Of a stretch of DNA of 35,979 nt, positions 26,672 to 33,301 are shown piece after piece; positions within the stretch are counted from its first letter, which is position 1; each line of letters starts with the position of its first letter. The translations under genes were made by a program, and so were the position numbers. Origin of the DNA: a virus (taxonomy: Duplodnaviria; Caudoviricetes); the IMG/VR virus record IMGVR_UViG_3300030372_001683, positions 1-35,979 of that record. One strand, 5' to 3'. The notes beneath the pieces were generated by a model that did no database searches, had not been told where the DNA came from, and saw only the letters and a program-made list of their open reading frames with translations.

Positions 26672-27664
26672 TTAAGTTGCTATTATTGTTACCAAAGCAC
26701 CAGAATCATCTGCTGTTCCAGTAAAAGGCAATTCAACAAACACCCCACTGTCCGTATTGGCATTTGTGTGACCTGTGTACTTAGCAGTTGGTATATCAAA
26801 ATCTATTGTAGAGCCGTCTCCAAAACTAACATTAGCAGAAGTCCCCACAAGAAAATCTTCAGTAATTATTTGAGCCACGTTGTCATCTAATTTTACGCTC
26901 ATGCTACCAGTAACAGATATTTGCCCACCCCTCATATAAGCACAAGGTTCAGCATCAACGCTATTTACAGTTTCATAGCCCACTCTAGTTGCTGGGTTAG
27001 ATATTGTTAATTGAAAATTATTCATAACAACATCATCTCCGCCAATACTCGAAGTGGTGCAATCAAAAAAACCTTTAGTCCAATTAACTGCAGTAGCATC
27101 AGGTGAAGTTGCTTCAGCTCCAATTACGGGTTGGTACCCACTCCAAAAAGTTCCACTAGCAGTCAATCGACCGCCATTATCTGTAGGACTCATACTCAAA
27201 GTAAGTTCTTGAAGTATGGCACTATGCATTAGCCTGTCGTGAGATGAATCAGGAGAAGAAAGAACCACACAAGCGTATTCTCCCGTACTGGCTCCTTGCT
27301 CATAAGCAACAGTTGCTTGATTTCCTGCCATAGCAAATCCACCTGACGGATTGTCATCTTCACTTACTAATTGCAATAAGGTCTGAAGTAATGCTTCATT
27401 TTCAATTACTAAACCTTCAAAAGACCAAGTAAATGTTCCGCCTTTATATACTTTAATATGGTCAGTTGGTCTTAAAACCCTTTGCCCTGTTCTTTCAACA
27501 TCAGCAGTTTGAAACCCTGCCGACCAATCAATATCATTAACTTCTGTTAATCTCATTTTATAAAGTGTTCCGCTAACATCATTTGTGCTTAACGCATCTG
27601 ATTGAATAGAAACGTAGGCTTCGAATTGCTTCCCACTATATACTGTTTTATCTAAACCAGCCAT
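26672..27664 (-). CDS. major tail tube protein
   Basis: 330 aa acidic, beta-rich; LQELTLSM, FQLTISNP, VTGSMSV and VELPFTG; upstream of chaperones. Confidence 0.75.
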   Translation of the reverse strand: MAGLDKTVYSGKQFEAYVSIQSDALSTNDVSGTLYKMRLTEVNDIDWSAGFQTADVERTGQRVLRPTDHIKVYKGGTFTWSFEGLVIENEALLQTLLQLVSEDDNPSGGFAMAGNQATVAYEQGASTGEYACVVLSSPDSSHDRLMHSAILQELTLSMSPTDNGGRLTASGTFWSGYQPVIGAEATSPDATAVNWTKGFFDCTTSSIGGDDVVMNNFQLTISNPATRVGYETVNSVDAEPCAYMRGGQISVTGSMSVKLDDNVAQIITEDFLVGTSANVSFGDGSTIDFDIPTAKYTGHTNANTDSGVFVELPFTGTADDSGALVTIIAT

Positions 27665-27846
27665 TATTTAGCTCCTTTTTTGTTTTCTGCCTTTACAATG
27701 TAGTTTCCTTCAACTAAATGTTTAGGCGGTTTTTTAAGTTCGACAGCCTCTCCTTTTTCAAGTGCTTCAGCGTTTTTTTGCCCAAGTCCTTGCCAATCAT
27801 TTACGGCTGAAAAAGATTGGATGTTTTTTCCAATTACATATTTCAT
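27664..27846 (-). CDS. hypothetical protein
   Basis: 60 aa coupled on both sides in the tail operon. Confidence 0.55.
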   Translation of the reverse strand: MKYVIGKNIQSFSAVNDWQGLGQKNAEALEKGEAVELKKPPKHLVEGNYIVKAENKKGAK

Positions 27847-28271
27847 GTAACCTCCGTTGATGTGCAGCTAAAATTCATAACTGCGGTGATTAAGTCAGGA
27901 CTATCTTCATCCCTACTGTATTCTATTGAATCAATACTGCCATCGTGCCATTTATAAACACTTGAAGGAGAATAAGTAGCGTTATTATAAACTAACCTTT
28001 TCACCCTTTCGGCGATATTGGACACTTGCTTTATTGAATTTTTTGTATACGCCCCCCCTGTTTTTAACTGGTAAGCAATTTCAATAACATAATTTCTAGA
28101 TTGAAAATTTTGAGCATATTCATTCAAATTGTCTGAAGTAGGTGTCAATAAAAATGATTGATTTCCTTTATGCCCATCTACATAAACAGGCACAGTAAAT
28201 TCATTTACCAACAAACCTTGAACAGCGTCAACCACCCTGTCATAAATAATATTTTCAAACGTAATAGGCAT
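27843..28271 (-). CDS. putative tail terminator / completion protein
   Basis: 142 aa upstream of the tail tube gene; call based on size and synteny. Confidence 0.5.
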   Translation of the reverse strand: MPITFENIIYDRVVDAVQGLLVNEFTVPVYVDGHKGNQSFLLTPTSDNLNEYAQNFQSRNYVIEIAYQLKTGGAYTKNSIKQVSNIAERVKRLVYNNATYSPSSVYKWHDGSIDSIEYSRDEDSPDLITAVMNFSCTSTEVT

Positions 28272-29257
28272 TATCTTCTACTCATGTGCATCCTTTTAAT
28301 TGGAGTCATTCTTTGGTCTAAAACTCCACTAACTTCTAATTCCCATTCATCATTAGTTGTATAAACCCCAGCACTAAAACGAACATACATATCGTGACCA
28401 ATGTCTTGCCAATAACAATCTATAACATCTTCACTAATTTTAGACTGCAATTTTAAACCACTTTCATTTCTTACATAAGTGCTATATTTTACGCTGGTGT
28501 TTGAACTTCCTTCAGTGATTGTGCCTCCGTTACTGATAATAATTTTTATTTTATCCCAATTTGTGCTTGGCGTTCCTTTAATATCTACAATTCCACCTGT
28601 GGTGTTCGTGTTCACAGCAACTGTTCTTAGTATACCTCTTTTTTTATACTCACTTTCACTACTGTAAAGATGAACTTGACCTGTCCTTAGCATGTCTAAC
28701 CAACCAGTTCCCTGGTCATTTATAGCTTGACTTTTTATTTGGTCAGCTTTTTCTAAATCATAAGGTCTTACTAAAGATTCAACCGCCATTACAGCAGTAC
28801 TTCTTACAATTATTTCTGGGTAATCATTTCCCACCGCGTCAGATGTTCCTACTCCTTTGTTTGGATAAACGGGGAAAGGTAAATAACTTCTTATAAAATC
28901 ACTAGCTCTTTTAACCGCCTCTGTTTTTAATGTATCCCAATCCCTACTAGCCTCAAACACTGTACTATTCATTGCAGAGACTGATAAGCCGCCCATAAAA
29001 AATTGTAATCTATCTGAACCACTATCATATTCAAACTCGTTGTTGGCGTTAGGGGTGTCTGTTACGCTAGTTTGCTCTTCTCCGTCTTTGTATAATTGTG
29101 AAACATATCCTGAATTATGTAAGTAATAAAGGTTGGAAGTTCCCGAAGCCACCCAATTACTAGGTAAAACACTTTTCCCGTCATATTGGGCTAAATGTGG
29201 CTCTACAAATAACAGGTCTGTAGTTGTATTGCAATAGCTTGTTTCATACGTACTCAT
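28271..29257 (-). CDS. putative head-tail adaptor / neck protein
   Basis: 328 aa; SYCNTTTDL, AVKRASDFIRSYL, PEIIV and WLDMLRTG recall Mu gp36-like adaptors with extra domains. Confidence 0.5.
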   Translation of the reverse strand: MSTYETSYCNTTTDLLFVEPHLAQYDGKSVLPSNWVASGTSNLYYLHNSGYVSQLYKDGEEQTSVTDTPNANNEFEYDSGSDRLQFFMGGLSVSAMNSTVFEASRDWDTLKTEAVKRASDFIRSYLPFPVYPNKGVGTSDAVGNDYPEIIVRSTAVMAVESLVRPYDLEKADQIKSQAINDQGTGWLDMLRTGQVHLYSSESEYKKRGILRTVAVNTNTTGGIVDIKGTPSTNWDKIKIIISNGGTITEGSSNTSVKYSTYVRNESGLKLQSKISEDVIDCYWQDIGHDMYVRFSAGVYTTNDEWELEVSGVLDQRMTPIKRMHMSRR

Positions 29258-30333
29258 GATTTGCTTTTCCTTTTAAATTTTAAATAATCTGCAGCTTCAT
29301 ATGGATTAAAAAATAGAGTAATTAATCTATTATCATCATCATCGTATTTTGGATTAATAATTGTAACTGGAGCATTAAATATGTTTTTATCATCTAAGCC
29401 AAGTTTATTAGCGTATTCATCCATGTTTTTAAATGATGCTACTTGAATTGCGTGACTGATTAATCCAGAAGCTGGATCTTTTAATACTTGATAACCGCTA
29501 ACATGTGTATGACCTGCAGTTAGTATATGGTCTCTCCAACCAGTTTGCACTGCTCTGCTAATTGCGTGGGCAGTATTCCACATAGAGTTGCCTTTAAATT
29601 GATGCCTGGCATTTACCCGAACACACTTACCATTTGGAAATCTTAAATTCATTCTAGCACCATGTTGTTTATATATAGCTTTTTTATCGCGCATAATAAA
29701 ATCTAAGGGATCTCCATCGCCTGACCAAACATCATGGTTTCCTGCTATTAAATACAACCAATCAACGCTATTTAAAAAATGCTCTGAAATCATCCATGAT
29801 TCTTTAGCCGTTGTTGATTGTTGACCGTGTAAAGCCTTCAATCTTCCTACCCAATTATTTTGAACATCTCCTAAATTACCAGCAAACATTCCTTCCGTTT
29901 CACGAATCAAATTACACAAAGAATATATTTCAGCTAAATTAGTTCCATCATCATCAACGTGGGGATCCCCAAAATGACAAATACCAACAATACCCCTTGT
30001 ATGAATATTAACATCAATTAATTGCCTTTGTTTGTAGGCATCATATTTTTGAATATATCTTTTTTTCCTATATTCAATAATATCATCAATGTTCATTTCC
30101 TCTATTGGCAGGTCTTGAACTGAAAACTCGTTTTTTTCTATGATATACGGATTCAATGTTTTATGACCGCAACTTTTTTCTGAACACATCCATCGCTGAC
30201 GCTTCCTATTATTTTTCCAATACTGCCAACCGTCTTTCCTAATGTTTTCTGTGTTACATTTTGGGCAACCAACAAAATTCCCTTCAGAATCTTGCGCCCT
30301 TTTTTTAGTGACTCCATTAGGTTGTTTTGGCAT
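29254..30333 (-). CDS. calcineurin-like metallophosphoesterase with N-terminal zinc ribbon
   Basis: GDPH, LGD, AGNHD, RH and AGHTH motifs; CPKC...C...C N-terminal ribbon. Confidence 0.85.
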   Translation of the reverse strand: MPKQPNGVTKKRAQDSEGNFVGCPKCNTENIRKDGWQYWKNNRKRQRWMCSEKSCGHKTLNPYIIEKNEFSVQDLPIEEMNIDDIIEYRKKRYIQKYDAYKQRQLIDVNIHTRGIVGICHFGDPHVDDDGTNLAEIYSLCNLIRETEGMFAGNLGDVQNNWVGRLKALHGQQSTTAKESWMISEHFLNSVDWLYLIAGNHDVWSGDGDPLDFIMRDKKAIYKQHGARMNLRFPNGKCVRVNARHQFKGNSMWNTAHAISRAVQTGWRDHILTAGHTHVSGYQVLKDPASGLISHAIQVASFKNMDEYANKLGLDDKNIFNAPVTIINPKYDDDDNRLITLFFNPYEAADYLKFKRKSKS

Positions 30334-30349
30334 TTATAACTCTCCATTT

Positions 30350-30784
30350 TTAATCATCCATCAACTCGAAATGTAATAAATCATCAAAATTGTTATCGCT
30401 AGTAGTTCGAACTTCTTTACCCATCATTACTTTTTTATCAAGACTCGGAGATGACCAGTCACCACCCCAGCGAACATTAACGCCCATCATTGCAGATATA
30501 CCTAAAACAAATCCACCTAGATAGTGCCAATCATCTCTATTCTCCCAGTCTATTTTGCGTGTCTGATAGTTATATGGAGCAATGTCCACCGCCATCCCAC
30601 GACAATGTTTCCCAAACTTGGTCTTTGATTTGCCAATCGCTACAAGTTCATTTTGTCTTTTCTGAGAGCGCATTCCTTCGACAACTGTAATATCAAAGTA
30701 TTTAACTACTTTTTCCAATACAGCTATAAGTCTAGGGTCGACACCATTCAGCCTCTTCATGCTTCTTTTACCAAGTTTGGGCAT
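30350..30784 (-). CDS. endolysin, M15 family (L-Ala-D-Glu peptidase-like)
   Basis: EGMRSQKRQ, KHCRGMAVD, VRWGGDW and DLLHFEL. Confidence 0.88.
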   Translation of the reverse strand: MPKLGKRSMKRLNGVDPRLIAVLEKVVKYFDITVVEGMRSQKRQNELVAIGKSKTKFGKHCRGMAVDIAPYNYQTRKIDWENRDDWHYLGGFVLGISAMMGVNVRWGGDWSSPSLDKKVMMGKEVRTTSDNNFDDLLHFELMDD

Positions 30785-30785
30785 T

Positions 30786-31019
30786 TTAGAATTTCCAAAG
30801 CATTTTTACGATTGCCATTAACACATCCATTGACTGCTTTGCTATTTTTTGTTGCTCTTCTTTACTTAACTTACCATCTGCCATTGCTTTATGATATTCT
30901 TCAGCAACTTCTTTTAATTCTTTTACAACCATTCTGTATTTAGTAGCAACCATTGTTCCCACTGCTCCCAAAATTATTATCATTAAATATGCAAAATTTG
31001 TCCAATTCATCCACTCCAT
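30786..31019 (-). CDS. holin-like membrane protein
   Basis: N-terminal TM helix; immediately upstream of the endolysin. Confidence 0.55.
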   Translation of the reverse strand: MEWMNWTNFAYLMIIILGAVGTMVATKYRMVVKELKEVAEEYHKAMADGKLSKEEQQKIAKQSMDVLMAIVKMLWKF

Positions 31020-31255
31020 TATTTATTCTCCTTTAGTGTTTGTTTAATTTCATTAATGTCTTCCATTATAACATCTAATTTATAAGCAATTAGGTTCCTG
31101 TCAGCTATCAAATCACGCTTATTTGCCTTTAAATCAAGCTCTTTCCTCATTACCTCTACATCATATTGCATAAACCCGAAAGCTAAGATTACGGAGCATA
31201 TTATAGTTGCTATTGCCACTATATTTTCTAGTGATATATTTGTATTAAGTTTCAT
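31019..31255 (-). CDS. single-TM coiled-coil protein (lysis cluster)
   Basis: IVAIATIICSVILAFGFM followed by coiled coil. Confidence 0.55.
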   Translation of the reverse strand: MKLNTNISLENIVAIATIICSVILAFGFMQYDVEVMRKELDLKANKRDLIADRNLIAYKLDVIMEDINEIKQTLKENK

Positions 31256-31545
31256 TTACCACCACCATTAATTCTGCCTTTAATAAATGCTAAATCATCT
31301 GATAATTCACGCCAAAAAATTTCTCTATCTTTATCACTAGAATTAATTCTGTCAATTAATTTAACTGATATATTTTGATTATTATCTAAAACTGATTCCA
31401 TTTTCCGAATGCTTTGTTTTATCGCTTCTAAATCATCACTTTGCTCTTTCTGTGATTGTATAAGGTTGAATATCATAAACCCAAATAGTAGAGCAATAAA
31501 CCCCGCACTGCCTAATTGTAAATATAAATCTGCTAATTCATTCAT
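31252..31545 (-). CDS. holin-like single-TM protein
   Basis: QLGSAGFIALLFGFMIF followed by coiled coil ending KGRING. Confidence 0.55.
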   Translation of the reverse strand: MNELADLYLQLGSAGFIALLFGFMIFNLIQSQKEQSDDLEAIKQSIRKMESVLDNNQNISVKLIDRINSSDKDREIFWRELSDDLAFIKGRINGGGK

Positions 31546-31700
31546 TTTTTAACCTCGTAATGCTCATCCCCTGTGTCTCTATATTCTATAAAACCCCTTT
31601 TTTCATCTCTTTTTTTTTTACATTTTTCACATATCGCTCCGTACATAATGTGAATACTTTTACCGCAATCTATGCACCTGTAAGGAAGTTGCGAGGGCAT
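31542..31700 (-). CDS. 52-aa zinc-ribbon protein
   Basis: Hand translation MPSQLPYRCIDCGKSIHIMYGAICEKCKKKR...; overlaps both neighbours. Confidence 0.55.
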   Translation of the reverse strand: MPSQLPYRCIDCGKSIHIMYGAICEKCKKKRDEKRGFIEYRDTGDEHYEVKK

Positions 31701-31966
31701 TATTTTTTCCTCATTGTCATATCAATATAAACTTTCAAGTCAGATTTAATTTCTGCGTTCCATTTTTTTATCTTACCTAACTCATTCATAATAATATCCA
31801 TACGATGCTGTAAGTTTTCGTGTTTTTCATCAAACCTTTTTAAAGTATCTTCTACCTTTTCTTTTAAGATAAATCTTACTACGCTATATAAAGCGAAAGC
31901 CAATCCAACACTAAGAGCAATTGGAAATCCCAATTCTTGAATTAACTTTATAACATCATCTGCCAT
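31700..31966 (-). CDS. holin-like single-TM protein (YvrJ/BhlA-like start)
   Basis: LIQELGFPIAL TM start followed by coiled coil. Confidence 0.55.
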   Translation of the reverse strand: MADDVIKLIQELGFPIALSVGLAFALYSVVRFILKEKVEDTLKRFDEKHENLQHRMDIIMNELGKIKKWNAEIKSDLKVYIDMTMRKK

Positions 31967-32011
31967 GATTTAACATTTTTATTAATTTAATATAATTTTT
32001 TAAGTCTTTCA

Positions 32012-32338
32012 TTATTTTCGACTCTTTCTTTTTTTCCCCCAACTTAGAGGATTTAGATTCAATTCTTCTTCGTACCATTTTAACTGCTCTTGCATTTTTG
32101 CAATTTTAACTTCTTCATCTTCTATGTGTTTACTGACAAGTTCTTCAATTCTGGCATCAGCAATTCCCATTCCCCTTTCAAGTTCTGCAAGTCTGTTTTC
32201 AATTCGTAAGTAGCCCAACACAATAAAAGCAACTGCAACGATAATTTGCCCAAGCCACTTAATGTTAAGACTAATACGAAAATTATCATCAATTTTTGCC
32301 ATTCCATACGACCTATATGTCTTTGGTTTCTCACTCAT
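32012..32338 (-). CDS. single-TM coiled-coil protein
   Basis: WLGQIIVAVAFIVLGYL, long coiled coil and basic tail. Confidence 0.55.
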   Translation of the reverse strand: MSEKPKTYRSYGMAKIDDNFRISLNIKWLGQIIVAVAFIVLGYLRIENRLAELERGMGIADARIEELVSKHIEDEEVKIAKMQEQLKWYEEELNLNPLSWGKKRKSRK

Positions 32339-32451
32339 ACCTCATGTCCAGCAACGCTCCAACCAGAATCACAAGCTAACAAAACAAAAGCCAAAAAAAA
32401 TATCATTATAAATATTAATATTTTCATTTCGTCTGTATAATTTTTTTTCAT
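32335..32451 (-). CDS. 38-aa mini-lipoprotein
   Basis: Hand translation MKKNYTDEMKILIFIMIFFLAFVLLACDSGWSVAGHEV; lipobox LLAC; ATGA overlaps at both ends. Confidence 0.6.
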   Translation of the reverse strand: MKKNYTDEMKILIFIMIFFLAFVLLACDSGWSVAGHEV

Positions 32452-32723
32452 TTTATTTCTGTAGCTATTCCATTAATTATTTTATGCTTACCGACTTCAA
32501 GATGTTTTATATCATCTTCAGATTCATCAAAAAAAGATGATTGGGCAGTAATAAATGAATCGGTTCTTTTAACTACTACCCCATCACTTGTAACAATGTA
32601 GCTCTTATTCTGTGCATCAAAAGAAACTGTTTCATCTTCACTAAATTTGTAAGTTGAATTTTCTTTAGTCCTGGGTTTAAAAATATAAACCTTACCACCC
32701 TTTGCACATCTACGAATAAGCAT
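32448..32723 (-). CDS. hypothetical protein
   Basis: 91 aa coupled to neighbours. Confidence 0.55.
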   Translation of the reverse strand: MLIRRCAKGGKVYIFKPRTKENSTYKFSEDETVSFDAQNKSYIVTSDGVVVKRTDSFITAQSSFFDESEDDIKHLEVGKHKIINGIATEIK

Positions 32724-32953
32724 TATTTTTCTTTTTCGACCTCTTCAGATTCAAGAGATTCCCTCAGTTTATTGATAAATGCTTCTTTACCAACTTCTAA
32801 TTGATCACGCATAAACTGATTAGTATTAATCTTATTTTGCATATCATTAATATGGTTTATTAGCATTTTTTCATCATCAGTCATCTCATCGATAACATAC
32901 TCTTTTTCATCAAGAGTGAGAACTGCTGGTTTTTCTTTTTCTTTTTTAGCCAT
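32723..32953 (-). CDS. hypothetical coiled-coil protein (fibre-associated)
   Basis: 76 aa with AGGAG RBS. Confidence 0.6.
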   Translation of the reverse strand: MAKKEKEKPAVLTLDEKEYVIDEMTDDEKMLINHINDMQNKINTNQFMRDQLEVGKEAFINKLRESLESEEVEKEK

Positions 32954-32977
32954 TTTGTACTCCTATGTTGTTATTGT

Positions 32978-33301
32978 TTAAAGTGCTTTGAAATCTTTTT
33001 CAAGTTCTTCTAAATCAGCTTGTTCGTCTTGTAATGATTTAATATTAGCTTTTATGCTAGTAATCTCACTAGCAAGACTATTTAAGTCATAAGATTGAAC
33101 TGAATCATCTAATGCTTTACCAGTAGCTGAATCAAATTGCTTTTTAACTAACTGAAGTTCATCGTGTGATTGTTCAGCTTCAGCTGCTCTCACTATTTTA
33201 CCGTCATCATCTTTAACTTCTGAAACAGCTGGAGAATCAACAACTTTAGTTTTTTTCACAGACCAACTTTTAGCAGTTTTCATTGCTTTATAGTTTTTCA
33301 T
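32978..33301 (-). CDS. hypothetical coiled-coil protein following the fibre gene
   Basis: 107 aa directly after the fibre stop. Confidence 0.6.
   Translation of the reverse strand: MKNYKAMKTAKSWSVKKTKVVDSPAVSEVKDDDGKIVRAAEAEQSHDELQLVKKQFDSATGKALDDSVQSYDLNSLASEITSIKANIKSLQDEQADLEELEKDFKAL

Noticed and set aside
30150-30280. IS1-like transposase fragment
   Set aside because: Only a zinc ribbon fused in frame to a phosphoesterase; no DDE domain or terminal inverted repeats seen.
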